Of a stretch of 43,724 nt of DNA, positions 24,558 to 33,047 are shown piece by piece. The notes under the pieces are model-generated. The model was given only the letters and a program-made list of their open reading frames with translations, searched no databases and was not told where the DNA came from. A program made the position numbers and the translations under genes. The DNA is from Patescibacteria group bacterium (GTDB lineage Bacteria > Patescibacteriota > Patescibacteriia > Patescibacteriales > CAYMCJ01): positions 1 to 43,724 of the forward strand of contig JBDRJA010000009.1 in assembly GCA_043815345.1 (NCBI GenBank), read 5' to 3'. Every line of letters starts with the position of its first letter. Position 1 is the first letter of the stretch.

Positions 24558-24630
24558 AACTTATAACTTATAACTCGTGATTGTTGCTTATAATTTTAGT
24601 TATAGGTTATAGGTTATAAGTTATTTAACA
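24547..24630. repeat. Heptad-periodic palindromic spacer element, TTATAAC family, copy 3
   Basis: Arms ttataac/tcataac/ttataac/ttataac ... tataggt/tataggt/tataagt. The left arm includes the murG start codon (cat at 24555-24557). Confidence 0.75.
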
Positions 24631-24638
24631 GTTAATTC

Positions 24639-25775
24639 TCATCGCGTCTGTTTACTTATATTAACCAATATCCCCATTGCAATCAAGGCTGAAATTATAG
24701 CCGAACCGCCATAGCTAATAAAGGGCAAGGGTACACCAGTCATAGGCAGTAAATTTACCATTCCCCCGATATTAATAAGAGCCTGCAGAGTAATCCAGCT
24801 AACAATACCAATCGCTAAAATTCGGCCAAAACCGTCTGGAGCGTATTTAGATATTAGATAACCACGATAAAAGATATAAATATATAAAACCACTAATAAG
24901 CCGCTAAAAATTAATCCAGTTTCTTCAGCAATAATAGAAAAAATTGAATCACCTTGAATTTCCGGTAAATACATAAATTTCTGCCTGCTTTCCCCCAATC
25001 CTCTGCCTAGCCAACCGCCGGAACCGATGGCAATTAGCGACTGGTTAACCTGATAGCAGACGTCATTAGTGCTAAATTCAGGGTTTAGCATGCATTGAAA
25101 TCGATCCATCTGATAAGGTTTAAAATTGACCATAAGAGCAAAAGATAGAATGCTTAAAATAATCATTATTATAATATGGCCAATTTTTCCTCCTCCAACA
25201 AAATAAACAATTAAAGAGGTAATAGATATAATAGATAAAGTCCCAATATCCGGTTGAAGAATCATTAATAGCCCGATAAAACCTAAAATCATCACAAATG
25301 GCCCTGAACCTTGATAAAAATCTGTTATCTTTTTACCGCGAGACTCTAGCCAAGCAGCTAAATAAAATAGAAAAGTCAATTTTACAAATTCAGAAGGTTG
25401 GAGAGAAAAACCAAATACATTTATCCAACTCTTCGCCTTTCCCCAGCCGGCTTTAAGTCCCGGGATAAAAACTAGAACAAGCAGGATAATGGAAAAAATT
25501 AAAAAAGGAAGAGCATATTTCTTCCATCTATGATAATCTACTCGAGATACAAACCAACCTGCCACTAAACCTAATAATAGGCCAAACAATTGGTGCTTAA
25601 AATAATAATAGCTATCACCAAACTTAGCGTAAGCAACTACTGAAGAAACACTAGAAAGCATAACTAGCCCAAAAGAGATAATAATCCCGACTACTACAAT
25701 TAAGCTTTTATCGGGCTCATGTTCATTCACTCGATGTTCTAATAATTTATAAACTATTTGTTTTAAAGTCGACAT
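24639..25775 (-). CDS. ftsW: SEDS-family peptidoglycan glycosyltransferase FtsW/RodA
   Basis: About 10 TM segments. Blocks QPSEFVKL, LQPDIGT, LPEIQGDSIFSIIAEETG and TGVPLPFISYGGSA. Confidence 0.9.
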   Translation of the reverse strand: MSTLKQIVYKLLEHRVNEHEPDKSLIVVVGIIISFGLVMLSSVSSVVAYAKFGDSYYYFKHQLFGLLLGLVAGWFVSRVDYHRWKKYALPFLIFSIILLVLVFIPGLKAGWGKAKSWINVFGFSLQPSEFVKLTFLFYLAAWLESRGKKITDFYQGSGPFVMILGFIGLLMILQPDIGTLSIISITSLIVYFVGGGKIGHIIIMIILSILSFALMVNFKPYQMDRFQCMLNPEFSTNDVCYQVNQSLIAIGSGGWLGRGLGESRQKFMYLPEIQGDSIFSIIAEETGLIFSGLLVVLYIYIFYRGYLISKYAPDGFGRILAIGIVSWITLQALINIGGMVNLLPMTGVPLPFISYGGSAIISALIAMGILVNISKQTR

Positions 25776-25795
25776 AAGTGATTTATAATTGATGC

Positions 25796-25809
25796 CTGCC
25801 TATAGGCAG
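25796..25809. repeat. Perfect 14-nt G+C-rich palindrome CTGCCTATAGGCAG
   Basis: Lies 21-34 nt upstream of the ftsW start. A member of the CTGCC-N4-GGCAG / GCCTGC..GCAGGC motif set also seen at 3449-3468, 28706-28717, 30864-30883 and 40470-40484. Confidence 0.7.
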
Positions 25810-25842
25810 ATAGACAAAATTTTCTTGTTAGCTAAATCAAGC

Positions 25843-26937
25843 TTAGGATAAAATTTGGACATCGCCAGAGATTGTAAGCTTATCACTGGCTAAACTCAAA
25901 GGCTTGTTAATCTTATAAACGGTAGCCTTTTGGCCTGATACAAGTGTGCTATATTCTCTAATAATTCTCAATTCATCTGAAAATTTTCTTAAAACTTTTT
26001 CAAATAATTCTTTTTGAGAAATTAAAATCACTATAATTCCCCCCATTCTTAAAATACGATTAAATTCTTTAAGCATGTTTAGATAAAAATTATCAAGATC
26101 CATATTTTTAAAATGAAGCCCCCATGGCGGATCTGTCACGATTTTATCAATCTCATTATCTTCAATTTCTTTCAGGTAAACGGCATCCCAATATTTAATT
26201 AACAGCTTATCTTTTATCCTCGCATTATTAATATTTTTTACTTTTAACCGTAAATTATCAATAATTTTTGAATTATTGTCGCTAGCAATTACATACTTAC
26301 AAGGATATGACAATACTCTTTCAATGGGTATTGCGCCAGAACCGCAAAAAGGATCTAGACATATTTCTTTAGAGCTAGGCTCTGAAATTAAACATAAAAT
26401 ATGGGCTAACTCAGATCTTAGCTCGCCTTTAGCCAAATATTTTTCTTGATCGTGGTTCTGAGTAAAACGCATACCAAAAAATCCAACCCCTTCCCTTCTC
26501 AACATAAGCCAAAATTCTATATCAGGTTTGCTTCGGCTAACTTTAAGTGTTGTAATTTTAGAAAATTTTTTTTCCAGATCTGAAATTAAACTTCTGCTCG
26601 TAGGAATCATTCTATTTTCTTTTGAAATAATTACTCTAAAAAAACACTTTTTGGCCGGAAGATTTTTTAAAATAAGTCTTGGTAATTTCTGATCATTATT
26701 TATTTTTTTTATCAATTGATTTAATGATTCATTCTCAGTTCTTTTAAATAATTTTAATAAAACAAAACTATTATTAAAAAAGCGAATTTCTTTAATATTC
26801 TCTAAGTTGGAGCTTGTTCGGTAGATTATTAAACCATCAAAAATATTAATTATATCTGCATCTCTAATTTTTTGTCTTAAGGATTCCTTAATTAAACTAT
26901 TGAAACCTGTAATAAAAGTTGAAAAATATGTAATCAT
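25843..26937 (-). CDS. Class I SAM-dependent RNA (guanine-N2-type) methyltransferase with a THUMP-like N-terminal domain
   Basis: SAM motif I DPFCGSGAIPIE, catalytic motif IV VTDPPWG, N-terminal about 150 aa typical of the UPF0020/THUMP-type family. Confidence 0.72.
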   Translation of the reverse strand: MITYFSTFITGFNSLIKESLRQKIRDADIINIFDGLIIYRTSSNLENIKEIRFFNNSFVLLKLFKRTENESLNQLIKKINNDQKLPRLILKNLPAKKCFFRVIISKENRMIPTSRSLISDLEKKFSKITTLKVSRSKPDIEFWLMLRREGVGFFGMRFTQNHDQEKYLAKGELRSELAHILCLISEPSSKEICLDPFCGSGAIPIERVLSYPCKYVIASDNNSKIIDNLRLKVKNINNARIKDKLLIKYWDAVYLKEIEDNEIDKIVTDPPWGLHFKNMDLDNFYLNMLKEFNRILRMGGIIVILISQKELFEKVLRKFSDELRIIREYSTLVSGQKATVYKINKPLSLASDKLTISGDVQILS

Positions 26938-26962
26938 AAATTAAAAATCGTTAATCAATAAT

Positions 26963-28018
26963 TTATAGCGTTTTATCCAACAAGAATAATATTAAACCTA
27001 TGGTGGCGGTTATTCCGGCAATTACCCAAAAACGCATAACAATTTTCGGCTCTGACCATCCTTTAGCTTCAAGATGGTGATGGATGGGAGCGGATAAAAA
27101 GACTTTTTTATTAAACCATTTTTTTGAATTAACTTGAATTAAGAAAGACATAGCCTCAACAACAAACAAAAAACCTATAATAGGCAAAAGTAAAGCATAG
27201 TTGGTAAGCATAGCAATAATACCCAAAGTAACTCCAAGGCTCATTGCTCCGGTATCACCCATAATAAAACGAGCTGGTATAATATTAAACCACAAAAAAG
27301 CCAATAAAGCCCCAACAATTACGCCGCAAAAAGTAGCTAAATCGTAACGGCCCAAGGAAAAAGCTATCACTCCGAATGCCGCATAAGAGATTAATAAAGT
27401 GCCGCCAGCTAATCCATCTAAGCCGTCAATTTCATTTACAGAAAAAGCTGTGCCAACAATAACAAAAATAAAAAAGGGAATATACCACCAGCTAATTTCA
27501 AAATTTCCTAAAAAAGGAATGTGAAGCACTGTCCAATCTAATTTAAAGTAAAACCACCAAGCGCCCACCAAAGCGATTATAGTATAAATAAATAATCTAT
27601 GTTTCATTTTTAGTCCTCCTCCCCCTAATATTCCTTTTTTCCGTACATCTAGCCAATCGTCAAATAAACCGACTAAAGCAGTAGCTACTAAAGCTCCTAA
27701 AGGCAAAAGGGTTTCACTGCGTGTTAAAAAATTCAAACTTTTGAAAAAATCCCATGGTAATATTTTTGCTAAATAAAAAAAGAGCAAACTAAATATCAAA
27801 ACAGTTATCCAGATAAGTAAGCCCCCCATAGTCGGAGTTCCGGCTTTATGAGCATGCAATTTCGAATACAAAGGCGTTGCGCCATTATTCCTAATCTGCT
27901 TGCCCATCTTATATTTGTATAAAAAATGAGTCAGCAGTGGCGTCCAAGAAAGGGCGAAAACAAAGGCCATGGTAGTTAGTAAAAGAATTTTTATAATATA
28001 AAAATCAATCATAAACAA
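26963..28018 (-). CDS. mraY: Phospho-N-acetylmuramoyl-pentapeptide transferase
   Basis: PTMGG, DDWLDV, NEIDGLDGLAGG, MGDTGAMSLG and APIHHHLE blocks. 10-TM topology. Confidence 0.94.
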   Translation of the reverse strand: MFMIDFYIIKILLLTTMAFVFALSWTPLLTHFLYKYKMGKQIRNNGATPLYSKLHAHKAGTPTMGGLLIWITVLIFSLLFFYLAKILPWDFFKSLNFLTRSETLLPLGALVATALVGLFDDWLDVRKKGILGGGGLKMKHRLFIYTIIALVGAWWFYFKLDWTVLHIPFLGNFEISWWYIPFFIFVIVGTAFSVNEIDGLDGLAGGTLLISYAAFGVIAFSLGRYDLATFCGVIVGALLAFLWFNIIPARFIMGDTGAMSLGVTLGIIAMLTNYALLLPIIGFLFVVEAMSFLIQVNSKKWFNKKVFLSAPIHHHLEAKGWSEPKIVMRFWVIAGITATIGLILFLLDKTL

Positions 28019-28025
28019 TTCTACT

Positions 28026-28124
28026 AATTACGAATAAATTACGAATTTACTAATAGTTCTATGATTATAGACTAATTTAATAAATATTTTATTTGTAAAT
28101 TTGTATAAAATTTGTAATTTGTAG
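28026..28124. repeat. Heptad-periodic inverted repeat (AATTACG / ATTTGTA arms)
   Basis: 28026-28050 aattacgaataaattacgaatttac against 28095-28124 gtaaatttgtataaaatttgtaatttgtag. Two blocks of about 10 bp are complementary if G:T pairs are allowed. Confidence 0.6.
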
Positions 28125-28125
28125 G

Positions 28126-28542
28126 CTATCTAAAATTAATTAAATAAATTGAAGCTAAATTTATAAGTAAAAATATATTAACTACTGCTCCGGTAGCTAA
28201 TAATAAATTAGAGATGAATTTAAAGTTATCATGGCGCGAAAAGCTAAATAATAAAATAATGTTAATTGTAATTATAATAAGTCCTAAAAATGGTATAGTA
28301 TATATTTTCTCAACACCGCCTATAAAATCAACCCCAAAATCAACATTATAATGCAAAACAATTAAATCTTGGCTAACATTTATCTTAATTAAATAGGAAG
28401 CTAACCACAAAAAAAGATTTAGTCCTATTGATATAATTAGATAAATACGTATATAGAAAAAACTAATTAAATAAAAAACAGAACTAAAAAATTTTTGATA
28501 TCCTAAAGTAAAAATATTATAATATCTTGATATATCAAACAT
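28126..28542 (-). CDS. Hypothetical small polytopic membrane protein
   Basis: 138-aa ORF with about 4 hydrophobic helices at the head of the mraY-side operon. No recognisable family. Confidence 0.5.
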   Translation of the reverse strand: MFDISRYYNIFTLGYQKFFSSVFYLISFFYIRIYLIISIGLNLFLWLASYLIKINVSQDLIVLHYNVDFGVDFIGGVEKIYTIPFLGLIIITINIILLFSFSRHDNFKFISNLLLATGAVVNIFLLINLASIYLINFR

Positions 28543-28890
28543 AAAACTATTTTAAGATTCTGCAAAATAATTTAGAATCATCTTAAACTAAAAAACCTAA
28601 AACCTTTATTGCTTTTTTCTAGTTATTTTCAATACACTTTTTTAATAAAATAATAGCCCTTTTACTATATAAAAATTTACCGTAGTCTAAAAGATATATC
28701 CACTCGCCTGCGCAGGCTAGAATCAAGCATTCGGAGACAGCCTCTTTTAACTTATATTCTTAAAATAGAAGATGTATAGTATCTCCTTCGGCTTCTTGAA
28801 CGATTTACAGATACTTTACTTTTCTTTTAATTTTAGAGTCGCTTGTATTTACTTTAGCATATCTTGGCTAAAATATAAAGACCCTTAAAC

Positions 28891-28920
28891 TTGTTCATTA
28901 TTATTATAATGTGTTATAAT
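28891..28920 (+). promoter_or_regulatory. Candidate sigma-70-type promoter for pilB
   Basis: TTGTTC (28891-28896), 18 nt, TATAAT (28915-28920), about 65 nt upstream of the pilB ATG. AT-rich DNA gives many chance matches. Confidence 0.3.
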
Positions 28921-28985
28921 ATTGATAGTTAACATATAAATTAAAAGATGAATGGAAATAATAACATAATAAACACCTTAAAAAT

Positions 28986-30737
28986 ATGCTAAATAAAAAA
29001 CAAATAAAAATAGTCTTAGAAAAAGCAGAAATTTTATCTAGTAATGATTATAAAAAATTTGCTAAAGAAGCAGAAGAAAGCGGTAAAAAAATTGAAGATT
29101 ACCTTATTGAGAAAAAAATTATTACTCCTCTCTCTTTGTATGAAAGCGCCGCTCAATATTTTAAAATTCCTTTTATAAATCTTAAGGGCCAAAATATACG
29201 CAAAGATATTTTATTTAGCGTTCCTGAACCAATTGCTACCGCTCATAATTTAATTACTTTTGATAGCGACAATAAAACAATAAAAATAGCAACTTCTAAC
29301 CCTGGCAACTTGGAAATATTTGAATTTATTAAAAAGAAGACCGGACTTGAGCCAAGTATATATTTAACAACGCCAGACAGCATTAAAGAGGGACTCAAAC
29401 AATACCACAAAAGCTTAAAAGCTGAGTTTAGCTATTTAACAAAAAGCTCAGGCAAAAAAGACGACCAAGCCTTGCCAGACATGATCGGGGGAAAGAAGGA
29501 ATTAAAAAAACTAGCGCAAGACTTGCCGGTAGTTAGGATAGTTGACACTCTATTAGAATATGCAATTTTTCAAGAGGCAAGCGATATCCATATTGAACCG
29601 GAAGAAAAAGATATGATTGTCCGCTACCGGATAGATGGAATACTCCACAATGTTATGACCTTGCCTAAAAGCGTGCAGGCAGGCATAATTGCCAGAATAA
29701 AAATATTAGCCAACCTTAAAGTTGACGAGCATCGGCTCCCGCAAGACGGACGCTTTAAAATTTCAAATGAAGAGTATAAAATTTCTTTCAGAGTCTCTAT
29801 AATCCCTACTATTGAGGGTGAAAAAATTGTTATGCGTCTCCTGAATGAAAAAGCTCAAATTCTAAATTTAGAACAACTCGGGTTCCAGCCAAAAAGTTTT
29901 GAAATTATTAAAAGAAATGTGAAAAAACCGCACGGTATGGTATTAGTTACCGGCCCAACAGGATCTGGTAAAACCACTACCCTATACACTATCTTAAACA
30001 TTCTAAATAAGCCAGAAGTAAATATTTCCACCGTTGAAGATCCGATTGAATATCGAATGCCAAGAATAAACCAATCGCAGATAAACCCTAGAATTGGTTT
30101 TACATTTGCGATCGGACTAAGATCAATTTTGCGCCAAGATCCTGACATAATTATGGTGGGGGAAATTCGTGATGAAGAAACTGCTGAAATTGCTGTCCAC
30201 GCCGCCATGACGGGCCATCTAGTCCTTTCCACTCTGCATACTAATGATGCTGTCACCACTCTCCCCCGCTTAAGCGATATGGGAATACCTTCATTTCTAA
30301 TCGCCACAACTACTAACGTTATTATTGCTCAACGTCTAGTTAGAAAAATTTGCCCCAACTGTATTCAGAGCTATAATTTAGATAAACAAACCGTGGAAGA
30401 ATTAAATAAACAGCTTAATGTTACTAACCTATTAAAAACATTAGAAGAAGAAAAAGCTATCCTTCATTCAAAGGGCGGTATCGAATCCTTGCTTTTTTAC
30501 CGCGGTAAAGGATGTAAAAAATGCAATGATTCTGGTTATAAAGGACGCATAGGAATTTATGAGACATTGGAAATAACTAGGGAAATTTCAGATCTTATTC
30601 TAAAAAAAGCCGGATCTAACGAGATTAAAGAAACATCTGAAAAACAAGGGATGCTAACAATTGTAGAAGACGGTTTTATTAAAGCTAAAAACGGTATTAC
30701 AACCATTGAAGAGATAATGAGAGTTTCTAAGGAATGA
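28986..30737 (+). CDS. pilB: Type IV pilus / T2SS assembly ATPase (GspE/PilB family)
   Basis: N-terminal GspE_N-like domain, Walker A GPTGSGKTTTLY, Walker B DPDIIMVGEIRD, His box TGHLVLSTLHTND, tetracysteine CPNC...CKKC. Confidence 0.92.
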   Translation: MLNKKQIKIVLEKAEILSSNDYKKFAKEAEESGKKIEDYLIEKKIITPLSLYESAAQYFKIPFINLKGQNIRKDILFSVPEPIATAHNLITFDSDNKTIKIATSNPGNLEIFEFIKKKTGLEPSIYLTTPDSIKEGLKQYHKSLKAEFSYLTKSSGKKDDQALPDMIGGKKELKKLAQDLPVVRIVDTLLEYAIFQEASDIHIEPEEKDMIVRYRIDGILHNVMTLPKSVQAGIIARIKILANLKVDEHRLPQDGRFKISNEEYKISFRVSIIPTIEGEKIVMRLLNEKAQILNLEQLGFQPKSFEIIKRNVKKPHGMVLVTGPTGSGKTTTLYTILNILNKPEVNISTVEDPIEYRMPRINQSQINPRIGFTFAIGLRSILRQDPDIIMVGEIRDEETAEIAVHAAMTGHLVLSTLHTNDAVTTLPRLSDMGIPSFLIATTTNVIIAQRLVRKICPNCIQSYNLDKQTVEELNKQLNVTNLLKTLEEEKAILHSKGGIESLLFYRGKGCKKCNDSGYKGRIGIYETLEITREISDLILKKAGSNEIKETSEKQGMLTIVEDGFIKAKNGITTIEEIMRVSKE

Positions 30738-30771
30738 CGATTTTCGATTGACGATTTGTGATTATCAATTT
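30737..30771. repeat. Heptamer array (NNCGATT x5) starting at the pilB stop codon
   Basis: Units gacgatt/ttcgatt/gacgatt/tgtgatt/atcaatt. Shares the 21-mer GACGATTTTCGATTG(A/C)CGATT with the array after the ABC exporter stop. Confidence 0.75.
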
Positions 30772-30909
30772 ATTGTATTATTGTTATACCAAACGAATTT
30801 ATAAATTTTTTATGCATTTACTAAATACCGACTTAAATATTATCAATTCGCATCATTTGCATTCCTGTCTGCCGACAGGCAGGTATTCGCGGATTAGCAT
30901 CATACTCAT

Positions 30910-31572
30910 ATGAATATCTTTTGCATAATCCCTGCTTATAACGAAGAAAAGACCATTGAAGAAGTTATAAATAAAGTTAAGCCATTAGTTGATAAAGTGG
31001 TGGTAGTTGATGATGCTTCAACAGACAAAACCTATCAACTTGCTAAAAAGCATACTATTACAGTTTTAAGGCATATTATTAATAGAGGCCAGGGCGCCGC
31101 TTTGCAAACCGGTAATGAATATGCTATAAACAAGGGAGCAGACATTATTGTCCACTTTGACGCTGATGGTCAATTTTTGGCCCAAGATTTAAAAGATATT
31201 ATTGCCCCTATTAAATTCGGGGAAGCGGATATTGTTTTTGGTTCAAGGTTTTTAGAAAAAAAATCAAATATGCCTTGGTTTAAGAGATATGTTATTATGC
31301 CCCTGGCAAAACTTGTGAATAATTTAACTATTAAGGCTCCCCTAACTGATCCACAGAATGGTTTTCGCGCCTTGGCCGCAAACGCATCTAAAAAAATAAT
31401 TATTGAGCAGGATGGCATGGCACATTGCACGGAAATAATTATGAAAGCCCTGCGATATAAATTAAAGATAAAGGAAGTGCCGGTTACAATTATTTATCAT
31501 TCCTTTGGGCAGAAATTTTCAGGCGGTATAAAAATTATTAAAGATTTAATAATTTCAAAATTATTAAATTAA
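30910..31572 (+). CDS. Family-2 glycosyltransferase (polyprenyl-phosphate sugar synthase-like)
   Basis: IIPAYNEEKTIEEVI, VVVDDASTDKT and HFDADGQ blocks. About 220 aa, soluble GT-A. Confidence 0.87.
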   Translation: MNIFCIIPAYNEEKTIEEVINKVKPLVDKVVVVDDASTDKTYQLAKKHTITVLRHIINRGQGAALQTGNEYAINKGADIIVHFDADGQFLAQDLKDIIAPIKFGEADIVFGSRFLEKKSNMPWFKRYVIMPLAKLVNNLTIKAPLTDPQNGFRALAANASKKIIIEQDGMAHCTEIIMKALRYKLKIKEVPVTIIYHSFGQKFSGGIKIIKDLIISKLLN

Positions 31573-31585
31573 ATTAAAGCTAATT

Positions 31586-31912
31586 ATGATTCAACAAGTT
31601 CTTGCCTTAATTATTATTGCCTACTTTTTAGCTCGCCTTTTTTGGCAGAAACAAAAAAATCAAATTGGAGCTAATGAATTTTTATTTTGGTTATTTTTTT
31701 GGCTATTAGCGGCTGGAGCAATTATAAGTTTAAAGTGGATTGACGATTTAGTAGCTGGCCTAGGATTTTCCGGATCGGGTATAGAAGTTCTTATTTATGT
31801 CGCAATCGCCATGCTTTTTTACCTAGTTTTTAAATTACGCTTACGGCTTGAAAAAATTGAAAGAGATATTACGAAAATAGTAAGAGCCATTTCTTTAAAA
31901 AATAAGAAATGA
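31586..31912 (+). CDS. Small membrane protein, DUF2304-like
   Basis: Three hydrophobic helices followed by a charged tail, LRLEKIERDITKIVRAI. The position after a GT2 gene is typical of DUF2304. The family call is from memory. Confidence 0.6.
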   Translation: MIQQVLALIIIAYFLARLFWQKQKNQIGANEFLFWLFFWLLAAGAIISLKWIDDLVAGLGFSGSGIEVLIYVAIAMLFYLVFKLRLRLEKIERDITKIVRAISLKNKK

Positions 31913-31916
31913 TATT

Positions 31917-33026
31917 ATGAAAATTGCTCAAATAGTATGCGCCTATCCTCCCTATAAAGGAGGAATTGGCAATGTAGCTTTAAAGCATGCGGAAATTTTA
32001 TTTAACCAAGGTCATGAAATTACAACTTTTACACCTGGTTATAAAAACGAAAAAAATAATGAAAATGTAATTAGACTAAGGTCTTGGTTGAAATATGGGA
32101 AAGGGGCTTTTTTGCCCCAGCTTTTTTTTATATTAAAAAATTTCGATATTATTTATCTGCATTACCCTTTTTTTGGAACCGCTGAAATTGTTTGGCTTTT
32201 TAAAATTTTTCACCCTGGAAAAAAATTGATAATCCATTATCATATGGATGTTACCGGGCTCTCACTATCTGCTAAAATATTAAGTATACCAAACAGGTTA
32301 ATCCGTAATTCATTATTTAAGAAAGCAGATATAATTACTTGTGCCAGTTTAGACTACATTAAAAATAGTGAAATTGCTATTATCTATAAAAAATACATAA
32401 GCAAATTTAAAGAAATTCCTTTCGGAGTTGACATTAATAAATTTACACCCCGAAATATCCCGACCCCTAATAAGGGGGGGGTATTAAATATCCTTTTTGT
32501 GGGCGGTCTTGATAAAGCGCATTATTTTAAAGGTGTAGATATTTTACTAAAATCGGCTGCTAAGTTAAAAACAAAAAATTGGCAACTGTTAATAGTCGGC
32601 AATGGAGAATTAAAAATCCAATATCAAAAACAAGCCCAAGGATTAAGAATTCATGATAAAGTAAAATTTTTAGAAAATATTAAAAGTGATGAACTGCCAA
32701 GGATATACCAGGAAGCTGATCTTTTTGTCCTGCCTTCTATAAATAAAAACGAAGCTTTTGGTCTTGTTTTATTAGAATCTATGGCCTCTGGTGTGCCGGT
32801 TATTGCCAGTAACTTACCAGGAGTAAGAAGTGTTTTTCAAAACGGAATTCATGGATTTTTAACAAAGCCAGGCAACTCTGATGATTTAAGAAATAAAATT
32901 GAATTAATTCTTAAAGATAAAAATTTGAGAAAAAAAATGAGCCAAACAAGTAGAAAACTGGCGGAAGAAAGATACGGATGGGAAAAAATAGATAAGAGAT
33001 TAAATAGAATATTCGTAAATTCATAA
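31917..33026 (+). CDS. Family-4 (GT-B) glycosyltransferase
   Basis: C-terminal EAFGLVLLESMASGVPVIASNLPG (E-x7-E region) and an N-terminal GT4 acceptor domain. Confidence 0.87.
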   Translation: MKIAQIVCAYPPYKGGIGNVALKHAEILFNQGHEITTFTPGYKNEKNNENVIRLRSWLKYGKGAFLPQLFFILKNFDIIYLHYPFFGTAEIVWLFKIFHPGKKLIIHYHMDVTGLSLSAKILSIPNRLIRNSLFKKADIITCASLDYIKNSEIAIIYKKYISKFKEIPFGVDINKFTPRNIPTPNKGGVLNILFVGGLDKAHYFKGVDILLKSAAKLKTKNWQLLIVGNGELKIQYQKQAQGLRIHDKVKFLENIKSDELPRIYQEADLFVLPSINKNEAFGLVLLESMASGVPVIASNLPGVRSVFQNGIHGFLTKPGNSDDLRNKIELILKDKNLRKKMSQTSRKLAEERYGWEKIDKRLNRIFVNS

Positions 33027-33047
33027 TTACTTAGTAATTTATAGGAT

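Noticed and set aside
28948-28992. 14-codon uORF (MNGNNNIINTLKIC) overlapping the pilB start, as a real leader peptide
   Set aside because: Short ATG-initiated frames are frequent in AT-rich DNA, and no Shine-Dalgarno sequence or conservation can be assessed here. It is mentioned only within the spacer finding.
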